Positions 27,319 to 36,387 of a stretch of DNA of 38,038 bases are shown here, piece after piece. The position numbers and the translations under genes are program-made. The notes under the pieces are model-generated. The model ran no database searches, had not been told where the DNA came from, and saw only the letters and a program-made list of their open reading frames with translations. The stretch is from a virus (Duplodnaviria; Caudoviricetes): IMG/VR virus record IMGVR_UViG_3300027985_001162, positions 1-38,038 of that record; one strand, written 5' to 3'. Every line of letters begins with the position of its first letter. The first letter of the stretch is position 1.

Positions 27319-28245
27319 TTAAACATTAGCACTTACAATAGCACCGAAACCGTAATCCACCACACGATCAATCAAACCATAAGTTTGCGTTCTGAAGGTG
27401 CTTTTAGGATCAGCCGATTCTGTATCCATAGTCTCAGGCTTGTACAAAGTCTTCACTTTCTCAATGTGCTTAACCGTATTAGGGCCATAGAAGAAAGTAG
27501 AGCCATACTGATCACCTGCACCAAGTGCAGCACCTTTGGCTAACTTGTTACCATCAGCTGCATAAGCAACGGCAGCATTGTTTTCCCAAAACTTAAAGCC
27601 CATAACAGAGTTAACTTTACCTGTAACAGGGTCAAAAAAGATTTGCTTATTCGCAAAGTAGGCAGCACTATCACGATCTAAGATTAAGTCCGTTTGATGA
27701 TTCGGACAAAGAACCATGTTAAACTCATCCTGCTTAGGCAAGTTTAAGGTCTTAATCAGCTCAAGGTATTGTACGAGGTCTGCAAAAGTCATTCGCTTAC
27801 GACCATTACCATCGTTGCCTCCGGTAGTTCTCATTACAGGCATTTCTGATGCTGTATTGTCATCCGGTGCGAGTTTCCAAATAACATGGTCACGGTATCC
27901 AATTTTAAACGCTTCCGTGTGCTTGGTGCGTACCTCTGAACGCTTGTCGTAGTTTAATGCTCGTACTTCTGAGTCATCGACCTCGGTTGGATCAGTATCG
28001 TACTTTTCCCACTCAATAAACACCTTTTTGCCCGTCATTTTCTTAGCGACAAAATCGGCTGTATTGTCCACGTAGAAACCTACATTGTTAATCAGCTTGT
28101 TGAAACGAATCCCATCAGCAGTTACCGCAGCCTTAGGAGCACTTTTTAAAGCACTCAAAAAAGCATCGTTATAATTTCTAAACTCCACTAGTAATTGTGG
28201 AGCTACATACTGGTTTAGCCAGTTACCATCTGCTATATCAGCCAT
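27319..28245 (-). CDS. Major capsid protein
   Basis: 308 aa after protease/scaffold; LNYDKRS and VMGFKFWE. Confidence 0.75.
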   Translation of the reverse strand: MADIADGNWLNQYVAPQLLVEFRNYNDAFLSALKSAPKAAVTADGIRFNKLINNVGFYVDNTADFVAKKMTGKKVFIEWEKYDTDPTEVDDSEVRALNYDKRSEVRTKHTEAFKIGYRDHVIWKLAPDDNTASEMPVMRTTGGNDGNGRKRMTFADLVQYLELIKTLNLPKQDEFNMVLCPNHQTDLILDRDSAAYFANKQIFFDPVTGKVNSVMGFKFWENNAAVAYAADGNKLAKGAALGAGDQYGSTFFYGPNTVKHIEKVKTLYKPETMDTESADPKSTFRTQTYGLIDRVVDYGFGAIVSANV

Positions 28246-28258
28246 TTAAAAGTCCTCC

Positions 28259-29365
28259 TTAAGAAATTTTATTACGTTTCTTCCAGTCTGCAAACAATGC
28301 GTTGTATGCTTCCGGGTTCTTTTCTTCTAATTCCTCTAACATCTCAGGGTTAGAATCCTGTAACTCTTCAAAAGTCTTTCCTTGGTATGTTGCACCACTT
28401 CCGTTTGCCGATGGTTTAATATCAGCCGATAATGGTTTTACCACAGCTTGTAAGCTGTCTAATACAGCCTTAGTTCCATCAAAGTCCTTTTCTAACAAAC
28501 CTTGCCACTTCGATCGGTCATCGGCTTTAATGCGCTTGTCTTTCTCAGCAGCATCAAGCTCAGCCTTTACTTTTGCTGCCTTGTCATCTTTGTCCTTTTG
28601 CTCTTGTTGAGCCTTTAAGGTGTCATATCCGGCAGCTTTTTGCGCATTTGCCAATATGCGTGCGTTTACCTGCTCTTCGGTTGAATTTACATCCATACCA
28701 AGAGCAGTAGCAGTTGCTTTTAAATCCATGTCATTTGTGTTTTGGGGAGTAACATTTACTGTAGCTTCAATAGGCGAACCACTATTCTTAATATAGCTAG
28801 CAGTTGTTTGGTCTATCTTCGTGTCACCTTTTACTTCATCAACAAAACCCCATTCCTTTGCTTTTTCAGCAGTCATCCAAAAATCACCCGATTCCCATTT
28901 TGCTTTAAAATCAGCTTCCGGCTTTTTTAGCTTGCCTACATAAGCATCGTAATAGGTAGTGGTCATGTTTTTAAGTAACTCTAGGTAGTTTTCAACCTCG
29001 GTTTCATTTCCATGAGCTCCTCCCATCGGTTTGTGAATCATGTATTGACCATTCTTCGCCATAGTAAAGTGGCTTGCTTTTACGCCAATGTAAGTTCCGG
29101 CACTGGCTACAAGCGCTCCACCTTCTCCGGTATAGCTACCAAATACATCAATTAGAATGTTCACAATTTCATTGGCCTGAAAACAGTCACCACCTCCTGT
29201 CATTTCATAAACATGACACTTAGTTATGCCTGAAGCTTTTAGCTCCTCACATTTACTTCGCATCTCTACGGCATTGTTCTGATTCCATTCCGAGATATTA
29301 CCGATTATATCAACCCTTCCGGTTGTTCCCTCAGCATAGACCTTAACTAGTAAATTTTTACTCAT
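28259..29365 (-). CDS. ClpP-like prohead protease with scaffold C-terminus
   Basis: GGDCF, ASAGT, MIHKP, WMTAEKAKEWGFVD; charged helical tail; start likely ATG 29365. Confidence 0.88.
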   Translation of the reverse strand: MSKNLLVKVYAEGTTGRVDIIGNISEWNQNNAVEMRSKCEELKASGITKCHVYEMTGGGDCFQANEIVNILIDVFGSYTGEGGALVASAGTYIGVKASHFTMAKNGQYMIHKPMGGAHGNETEVENYLELLKNMTTTYYDAYVGKLKKPEADFKAKWESGDFWMTAEKAKEWGFVDEVKGDTKIDQTTASYIKNSGSPIEATVNVTPQNTNDMDLKATATALGMDVNSTEEQVNARILANAQKAAGYDTLKAQQEQKDKDDKAAKVKAELDAAEKDKRIKADDRSKWQGLLEKDFDGTKAVLDSLQAVVKPLSADIKPSANGSGATYQGKTFEELQDSNPEMLEELEEKNPEAYNALFADWKKRNKIS

Positions 29366-29395
29366 GTTTTTTAGTTCACATTGTAAATCGATGAG

Positions 29396-29545
29396 CAAAT
29401 ATTCAGGGATTTTTCGAGGGGATAAAATCGGCTTTTCTTCTAGTGTGAAAACCTTATGTAGAAGTGATATATATTTCTTGTAGTCAAAATATTACAACTA
29501 CATAAAACAACTTTTTTCGGGTGCGCTTTATTCAAACAATCTTTG
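29396..29545. promoter_or_regulatory. Divergent late promoter region
   Basis: AATATTTG (- strand, 29396-403) and AATCTTTG (+ strand, 29538-45); inverted TTATGTAG/CTACATAA between them. Confidence 0.45.
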
Positions 29546-29562
29546 GCTTAAAATAAAGTGTA

Positions 29563-30093
29563 ATGGCAAGCAAGAAACGCAGAAAACAACTCTCTAAGGA
29601 AGTGTACGATAAGCTTAAACGTACCGCCTACGAATGCATCGTTGTTCAAGGAAAAAGCCAAAAGGAAGTGGCTCTTCTGTTAGGTGTGACCGAAGCAACT
29701 GTAAGCAAATGGGCAATAGACGGAAATTTTAAAGAGGAACGCAACAACCGTCAACAATGTATTAGCACCGATGCAGACAACATTAAAAAGCTCTTAAGAG
29801 TAATGAGCCAACAACGTCTTCAATTGGAAGAATTAATTCTTGATGCTCAAAAGATGAGTGATACTCAAGAAGAGATTCGCCTAAGAAAAGATGCACGTGC
29901 ACTTAGTGATGAGATGGCAAAGCAAAACAAAACCTTGCTTTCGCTTGACAAAACCAATTACACGCTTGGAACATACATCGATGTAATGGACGATATCTTT
30001 AATGCACTTCGTGTATATGATGAAAGCCTTTGGGAAAAGACGGTTGATTTTCAGGCCACATTAATCCGCAAAAAAACCATTGAAATAGGTTAA
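29563..30093 (+). CDS. Terminase small subunit-like HTH protein (DUF1804-like)
   Basis: SQKEVALLLGVTEATVSKW HTH; upstream of large terminase. Confidence 0.75.
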   Translation: MASKKRRKQLSKEVYDKLKRTAYECIVVQGKSQKEVALLLGVTEATVSKWAIDGNFKEERNNRQQCISTDADNIKKLLRVMSQQRLQLEELILDAQKMSDTQEEIRLRKDARALSDEMAKQNKTLLSLDKTNYTLGTYIDVMDDIFNALRVYDESLWEKTVDFQATLIRKKTIEIG

Positions 30094-30095
30094 AC

Positions 30096-31634
30096 ATGGC
30101 AGTATCACGACAAAGAGCCGATAAACTAAAGGCAGAAGCATTTCTTAAGAAGCTTGATATTGCTCGTAATGCCAATGATGTAAATCCTTTCGAGACCAAA
30201 GCAGAACAAAGAGAGCGTATTGCCCGGGCACAAGACGACCCGCGGTACATGATCAAAACTTACTTGCCTCATTATGCCATGGCCGATTCAGCACCTTTTC
30301 AAATTCAACTTTGTAAAGATGTGGCGAGCGACCCATTGTTTATAGAGTTCGAAGAATGGGGACGTGGTTTGGCAAAGTCGGTTTATTGCAACATCATTGT
30401 TCCACTTTGGTTATGGATGCGTGGTGAAGATGTGTTTTTATGCTTAATGTCTGATAGTAAAGAACGTGCTCAGGAATTATTAGCGGATATACAAGCCGAA
30501 TTGGAAGGCAACCAATTGCTCATTCACGACTTTGGGAATCAGAAATGTGAAGGTGATTGGGAAATAGGAAATTTTAAAACCATAGACCAACGCTTTATTG
30601 GTATGGCCTTCGGTTTTAAGAAAAAGGTGCGTGGTGTTAGGGTAAAGCAACGCAGACCCAACCTATGGGTGATTGATGATCCCGAAACACCTGACACAAT
30701 TGGAAGTCCAAAACGTATGCGCAAGCAAGCCGATATGATCGAGCGTGATATTTTAGCAACCATGACAGGTTCTATCAGACGCATGCTTTATGCGTGTAAT
30801 AAGTTCGCTCGTGTAATGACTCAAACCATACTACAGGAGCGTCATCCGGATTGGCGTGTACGACAAGTAAAAGCATACAACAAAGTCACCTACGAACCTG
30901 CATGGGATTATTACACCGCAGACTATTACAGAACCCAAGAAAAGAACATGGGTGTTGTTGCTGCCTATGCAGAATACTTACACGAAACAAAACTCGAAGG
31001 TGCAATTTTTAGCGAAGATCAAATTCAATGGGCTCCAATGCCACCATTAGAAGAGTTTAAAATGATTGTTGTGCATTGGGATATTGCCTATGCCGGTAAC
31101 GAAAACAGTGACTACAATGCGGTAAAAGCTTGGGGCTTACATGGGCATAACTTTTGGTTGATCGATGGTTATGTAAAGCAATCTAAGATGAAACAAGCCG
31201 TTGCTTGGATGTGTGAGTTTAAGAAACGCTTAGGTCGTAATGTGAACGCAGTCTTTCAGTACGAATCGCAGTTTTGGAACGGTGAAGTACAACGTGCCAT
31301 CGATGAAGTGGAAGATGAATACGGCATCAATTTAAACCTTATGAAGATTCTTGTAAAAGGCAACAAGCTTATGCGCATGATCACCATGCAGCCGTATTAT
31401 CAAAACAGTCGCAATTATTACAACGAAGCATTAAAAAGCCATTCCGACACACAAATTGGAATTATGCAGCTGTGTGCAGTTGAAGAAGGGATGACAGAGC
31501 ATGACGATAGTCCCGATGCAGACCAACAAGCCATTTCAAAACTAGAACTCTATTGCACACCCGGAGGCAAAAAGAGCAATGGCGATAAGTGGTGGAAGTC
31601 CGGTAAGATGAAATCAAAATTTAACATGCCATGA
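30096..31634 (+). CDS. Terminase large subunit
   Basis: RGLAKS, RPNLWVIDD, HWDIA, SDY, HDDSPDA. Confidence 0.9.
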   Translation: MAVSRQRADKLKAEAFLKKLDIARNANDVNPFETKAEQRERIARAQDDPRYMIKTYLPHYAMADSAPFQIQLCKDVASDPLFIEFEEWGRGLAKSVYCNIIVPLWLWMRGEDVFLCLMSDSKERAQELLADIQAELEGNQLLIHDFGNQKCEGDWEIGNFKTIDQRFIGMAFGFKKKVRGVRVKQRRPNLWVIDDPETPDTIGSPKRMRKQADMIERDILATMTGSIRRMLYACNKFARVMTQTILQERHPDWRVRQVKAYNKVTYEPAWDYYTADYYRTQEKNMGVVAAYAEYLHETKLEGAIFSEDQIQWAPMPPLEEFKMIVVHWDIAYAGNENSDYNAVKAWGLHGHNFWLIDGYVKQSKMKQAVAWMCEFKKRLGRNVNAVFQYESQFWNGEVQRAIDEVEDEYGINLNLMKILVKGNKLMRMITMQPYYQNSRNYYNEALKSHSDTQIGIMQLCAVEEGMTEHDDSPDADQQAISKLELYCTPGGKKSNGDKWWKSGKMKSKFNMP

Positions 31635-32068
31635 GGTATATCAATAAAGAAGATTTAATAACCATCATCCAAGAACGTTTAATGGGTGAAAGTGTGGCTT
31701 TGGCTACAGGTATTGATTTAGATAACAATGCCATCTTAGATAACATCGAAGAAAAGGCCATTGATTTAGTCGTGTCCTACATCTCCGGAACTTACGATCA
31801 TGAGCAAATCTTTGGTGCAGAACCAACTCGTAATGGTGTACTGGTTCAAATCATAGCAAGCATTGTGGTTTATCGAAGTGTTCGCCGAAATGCAGCGCGT
31901 AAAGTTCCTGAAGATTACATCCAGTTATACAACGATGCGAAGAAAGACTTAGAACGCATCCAAAGTGGCGTAATGAATTTAATCGATTGCCCTAAACTCA
32001 CTAAGGAAGATGGCACAAGTGCAAGCCCTGTTTTTGGCAACAATACCAACGATAATTATTTTATTTAA
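31631..32068 (+). CDS. Mu gp36-like head-tail adaptor (DUF1320)
   Basis: MRYINKEDL, SYISGTYD, IVVYR, YNDAKKDLERI. Confidence 0.8.
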   Translation: MRYINKEDLITIIQERLMGESVALATGIDLDNNAILDNIEEKAIDLVVSYISGTYDHEQIFGAEPTRNGVLVQIIASIVVYRSVRRNAARKVPEDYIQLYNDAKKDLERIQSGVMNLIDCPKLTKEDGTSASPVFGNNTNDNYFI

Positions 32069-32079
32069 ACAGCATTTAA

Positions 32080-34620
32080 ATGAGTAAGTACAACTTTGTT
32101 CAACGTATCGGAAGTGCAGCAGGTAAAGCCATTGTAAGCCGTTTAAAAAGCAGCACCTTATATGCAGAATACTATAAGCGACAAGATAAAGCTAAGTATG
32201 AGCGACAGTCTACGATTTATAAACGCAAGGAATTAAAAGACTGGACCAATGCTGTAACAATGGCAACCGACCCCGAAAACCCAAGGCGAGGTGAATTAAT
32301 GCGCTTTTATCAATCTTTGAAACTTGACCTTCATTTAGCATCGGTAATAGATACACGCATTCTTAGGGTTCAGCGTTCATCATACAAAATTGTTAACGAA
32401 AAAGGTGAAGAAAACGAAGCCTTAAAAGAACTGTTAGAACGTCCTTGGTTTGATGACCTCGTACGTTTAATCATTGGTAAAACTTTCCAAGGCACAACAC
32501 TTATCGAGCTGTTCGATCTTGATGAGACAGGTGAGTTAAGTCGCGTGAGCGAAATCCCACAATCAAACTTCATTCCTCAACAGGGAATTATCATCAACGA
32601 AGAGTACGATGATAAAGGCACAAGTTACCGGGAAGGAACTTACAAAGATTTCTATGTTCAAGTTGGTAATGATTGGGAACTGGGTATGCTAAACCAATTA
32701 GCCATGATTGTACTGGCTAAAAAGTTGGGACTTGGTTCTTGGATGAGCTACATTGAGAAGTTTGGTGTACCTCCTTTGTTTGCCATCACCGAACGCATGG
32801 ACAACACTCGTAGAGATGAGCTATTTGCAATGCTGCAAGATTTCAGAATGAATCACTTTGCCGTATTACAAGGCAATGAGAAGATTGAAGTACCAAACAA
32901 CTACAATGTTGATGCTTACAACTCCTTTAAAGCCTTAATCAACGACATTTGCAACAAGGAATTAAGCAAGGCAGTTCTTGGTGGTACTGCAATGGTTGAT
33001 GAAAAGAGCTTTGTTGGTTCTGCTGAGATTCAAGAACGAGTAGCCCAAGACCGTCACGAAGCGGATAAATTGACGTTTAAACACTTCTTCAACACGCAAA
33101 TTCGCCAACGTTTAGCAAAATTGAGCAGCGTATATGCTGAGTTTGCAACGCACACTTTAGTGTGGGATAATCAGGAGACCTTAGACATCACCAGTTACAT
33201 CGATGCTGTTCAAAAGCTGTCTTCATCGTTCGAATTCGATATTGAAGAAGTACGCAACCGTACAGGCTTGCCGATTACAGCAATGAAAACGCTTAATCCA
33301 GTAACTAATACTGACGATCCCAACGCTCAAAAAAAAAAAGAACTTGAAGCAGACTTTAAACGATTAGGCAATGCTCCTTATATGGCATTAGTAAACGCAT
33401 GGGATGTTTTTGCAGCCACATGGGATGCAGCCATAGATCGTTTAGCCAATCAAATCTACAACGGTGAAGTAAAACCCACCGACCTTGATAAGGATTTAGT
33501 ATTAAAGAACTATGCTGCCTTTAATAAAGAAGCTGAGAAAGCTTGGGGCAAAGGTTACTACAACGAGAAGTTAACCCGGGACTTCCGGGAAAACTTTTTG
33601 AGGTTTGCCGGAGCTAAATCCCACGACTTAATGAAGCATTTAAACGGTTTAAACACCAAAGAAACATCGAAAGACGACTTCATTAAACAAGCAAAAGCGA
33701 TTGTTCAAAAACACAATGCCCAATATTTAGAAACTGAGCTTCGTTTTTGTGGTAGTTCGGTGAGTGCAGCTCAAGCCTATGCAACATATTTAGAAGATGT
33801 CAACCAATATCCAAACCTTAAGTGTCGCACCATGGGGGATGATGATGTTCGTGAAAATCACGCAGCAAACGAAGGCCTTGTAAAGCCTGTAAAAGAATGG
33901 AAAGCTTTACCACCATTCGACCATAACTGCCGATGTTGGTTAGAACAAACTACCGATCCACCATCAGACGGTAGAACCTTAAAAGGCATTAAATTCAGTA
34001 ACAATCCCCACAACACTGGAGAAGTTTTTACACAAGACCAAAGCTACTTCATGAACGTTGCACGCAAAGACCAGGGGATTATTCGTGACAATACAGAACG
34101 AATGAAAAGCTTCATGCCATACAATCAAACCATTGATGTAGGCGACAACAAAGTATTTGTCAATGACTTTTCTGACTTAGCTGATACAGAACTATGCATT
34201 GATGCAGCCAAGAAAATTGCACCTATAATAGAAAAGAACATTTACATTTTGCCCCACATAAACCCAAGTGATAAATCTTCTGTTAAAAATCCTGAAATCG
34301 GAGTAGGAAAACCCGGCGTTTTGGCCGATTTAAAATCATGGGATCCAAAGAAGACTACCAAAACGGAAAATTTTGTAAAAAACAATGTTTATGCCGCCAA
34401 TAAACAAGGATGTGAGTGGGTAATCTTGGATTTAACAGATGCCATTGAAGAAAACTCTTTGGCTATTGCTGCACGAAAATTAAGAGGTGATTTATCAGAT
34501 AAAAGTAAGATGAATCAAAGAATTAAACAGGTTGTAATTATCAAGGATGATAAGGTCTTAAAGGTATCTCGAAAGCAGATTAATAGCAATGATTTTATGA
34601 CCTATTTCAAGATAGACTAA
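32080..34620 (+). CDS. Portal (DUF935)-MuF minor head protein-putative nuclease fusion
   Basis: Portal W..YIEKFGVP and ELSKAVLGGT; MuF TMGDDDVRENH and PPFDHNCRC; C-terminal KNPE, ADLKS, ANKQGCEWVILD resembling PD-(D/E)XK CdiA-type nucleases. Confidence 0.85.
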   Translation: MSKYNFVQRIGSAAGKAIVSRLKSSTLYAEYYKRQDKAKYERQSTIYKRKELKDWTNAVTMATDPENPRRGELMRFYQSLKLDLHLASVIDTRILRVQRSSYKIVNEKGEENEALKELLERPWFDDLVRLIIGKTFQGTTLIELFDLDETGELSRVSEIPQSNFIPQQGIIINEEYDDKGTSYREGTYKDFYVQVGNDWELGMLNQLAMIVLAKKLGLGSWMSYIEKFGVPPLFAITERMDNTRRDELFAMLQDFRMNHFAVLQGNEKIEVPNNYNVDAYNSFKALINDICNKELSKAVLGGTAMVDEKSFVGSAEIQERVAQDRHEADKLTFKHFFNTQIRQRLAKLSSVYAEFATHTLVWDNQETLDITSYIDAVQKLSSSFEFDIEEVRNRTGLPITAMKTLNPVTNTDDPNAQKKKELEADFKRLGNAPYMALVNAWDVFAATWDAAIDRLANQIYNGEVKPTDLDKDLVLKNYAAFNKEAEKAWGKGYYNEKLTRDFRENFLRFAGAKSHDLMKHLNGLNTKETSKDDFIKQAKAIVQKHNAQYLETELRFCGSSVSAAQAYATYLEDVNQYPNLKCRTMGDDDVRENHAANEGLVKPVKEWKALPPFDHNCRCWLEQTTDPPSDGRTLKGIKFSNNPHNTGEVFTQDQSYFMNVARKDQGIIRDNTERMKSFMPYNQTIDVGDNKVFVNDFSDLADTELCIDAAKKIAPIIEKNIYILPHINPSDKSSVKNPEIGVGKPGVLADLKSWDPKKTTKTENFVKNNVYAANKQGCEWVILDLTDAIEENSLAIAARKLRGDLSDKSKMNQRIKQVVIIKDDKVLKVSRKQINSNDFMTYFKID

Positions 34621-34621
34621 A

Positions 34622-34684
34622 ATACAAAAGGTTGATGCCGGAAACATCAACCTTCGAGCACAGATTGAGCAACGCTCGCTCTGT
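34622..34684 (-). ncRNA. Putative ~60-nt small RNA convergent with the MuF-nuclease gene
   Basis: - strand promoter TTG(34717-19)-N20-TATATTTG(34689-96); hairpin ACAGA..GAGC-GTT-GCTC..TCTGT; terminator AAGGTTGATG-N7-CATCAACCTT followed by TTGTATT. Confidence 0.6.
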
Positions 34685-34702
34685 AATACAAATATACGAC
34701 AT

Positions 34703-35317
34703 ATGGCACGAAAAAACAAGGTACCTGAATTTATGCAGATAGCTAGAGAACTGCAAAAGAATGCTTCACGCTACGCAGCAAGTGAGGCAGTTAAGTTCTT
34801 TAAAGAAAGCTTTGTGAAAGGTGGTTTTACAGATGCTTCATTTCAAAAATGGCAACAAAGCAATGGCCCATTAGCAGGCAAAAGAACCATGTACAACAGA
34901 GGTTCACTAATGCGCTCCATTAAAAAGCAAACTGTTACCATGGAGAAAGTCGTTGTCATTGCCGATTCACCTTATGCTGCTATTCATAATCAAGGCGGTT
35001 ATATTGTTGTAACTACACGAATGAAGAAATATTTTTGGGCGAAGTTCTACGAGTTAAGCGGTAGTGTATCGGTCAATAAACAAGGTGCGGTTTCTTTAAA
35101 CAAAAAGAATGTTTCAATAGGTAAGAAAGCAATGTTTTGCCGTGCAATGGCATTAAAGACTGTTGGCTCAAGAATAAAGATACCACAACATCAATTCATG
35201 GGACACAGTAAAGCTTTAATGAACAACTTCGACTTATGGTTTGGCGAGGTGATAAGAAAACAGGTAGAACAACAGTTCAACAACAATTCAATTCAGATCA
35301 ATTTAAAAGACGTTTAA
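34703..35317 (+). CDS. Mu gpG-like virion morphogenesis protein
   Basis: GSLMRSI, PYAAIHNQGG, IPQHQFMG. Confidence 0.85.
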   Translation: MARKNKVPEFMQIARELQKNASRYAASEAVKFFKESFVKGGFTDASFQKWQQSNGPLAGKRTMYNRGSLMRSIKKQTVTMEKVVVIADSPYAAIHNQGGYIVVTTRMKKYFWAKFYELSGSVSVNKQGAVSLNKKNVSIGKKAMFCRAMALKTVGSRIKIPQHQFMGHSKALMNNFDLWFGEVIRKQVEQQFNNNSIQINLKDV

Positions 35318-35340
35318 ACACTATTTAAATAATACCTCTT

Positions 35341-35889
35341 ATGGAAGCATGGACAGACTTATATAAGGAAGTAGCACAACGCATACAAGACCGCATCCCC
35401 GAAATACAATGGGTCGACTTGTGGCACGAACAAGTTTCGTATTTATCAGAAGACATACCTTTCCCAACACCTGCGGCATTCATTGCTTTTAGATTAGATA
35501 ACTGTGAGGATTTAAGCCAGTTAATTCAAAAGTGCGATCTGCAAGTCGACATTTACTTATTCTTCGAAACATTTAGTGATTCCTACCTTGGTTCTTTCAA
35601 TCAAGATAGTGCTACAGAATACTTAAGAATCCTAACAAAGCTACACACTTGCTTTCATGGTATAAGTGGAGAACACTTTTTCCAAATGAGCCGTGTCGCT
35701 ATGGGTAGAGAAGAATCCGGAGGTGCTGGTAACTTTTACCGTATTTCATTCAACTGCAACGTAGAAGACGCTAGCGCCCAAGCCGAGTTTAACCAAAATA
35801 CGGTTAACCAAGTAACTGTTGTTAATGAGCCAATTGAAAGACCATCAACAACAGACACAGAACCACTATTTATTATAGAACAGTATTAA
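35341..35889 (+). CDS. Mu gp37-like tail terminator / completion protein
   Basis: IQWVDLWHEQ, PFPTPAAFI, LHTCFHG. Confidence 0.7.
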   Translation: MEAWTDLYKEVAQRIQDRIPEIQWVDLWHEQVSYLSEDIPFPTPAAFIAFRLDNCEDLSQLIQKCDLQVDIYLFFETFSDSYLGSFNQDSATEYLRILTKLHTCFHGISGEHFFQMSRVAMGREESGGAGNFYRISFNCNVEDASAQAEFNQNTVNQVTVVNEPIERPSTTDTEPLFIIEQY

Positions 35890-35939
35890 GAAATAATAAC
35901 GAAATGGTGTTAAGTCTTTGAGCACCTATCGTTATGCTA

Positions 35940-36158
35940 TTAATTACTTTTTGCCTGCTTTAGTAGTTTATTATAGTAGGCGAGATTCTCTTTATTATAA
36001 TAAATTCGCGAATAAATATACTTCTTATCAAGGTAGAAGTACTTCTGTGATAACTCTTGTAAAACGTCGTCCATACGTAGGCGCTTTACGTCATACAATT
36101 CGTAGAACTTATCTACAATTGCTCTGTCTCTAGCTTCTTTTAATTCAGGATTGCGCAT
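35940..36158 (-). CDS. Mor/C-like transcriptional regulator
   Basis: RDRAIVDKF and LQELSQKYFYLDKKYIYSRI HTH; TATTTTTG box at 36176-83. Confidence 0.6.
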   Translation of the reverse strand: MRNPELKEARDRAIVDKFYELYDVKRLRMDDVLQELSQKYFYLDKKYIYSRIYYNKENLAYYNKLLKQAKSN

Positions 36159-36214
36159 ATTAAATAGGTCTTATGCAAAAATAGAAACCTTCAGGATAAA
36201 TCCATAAACAAAAA

Positions 36215-36248
36215 TTGTAAGGTAATTTGTAAGGTATCTTGTAAGGTA
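36215..36248 (+). repeat. Three direct repeats TTGTAAGGTA with 12-bp period
   Basis: Copies at 36215, 36227 and 36239. Confidence 0.9.
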
Positions 36249-36278
36249 ACGGTTGATTTTATAGCTTGTACTTATAAA

Positions 36279-36316
36279 AACGTCAATACACTTTGAATAG
36301 TATTGACGTTATTTTT
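36279..36316. terminator. Hairpin, possible bidirectional terminator
   Basis: AACGTCAATAC-N10-GTATTGACGTT flanked by A and T tracts. Confidence 0.55.
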
Positions 36317-36387
36317 ATGATCTTTATGCCTAATTATATCAACCACTTAACTAGGGCTTAAATGGTTTTAATTTTTGGCTGCATTAT

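Noticed and set aside
36215-36248. CRISPR array
   Set aside because: 10-bp repeats with 2-bp spacers; no cas genes.
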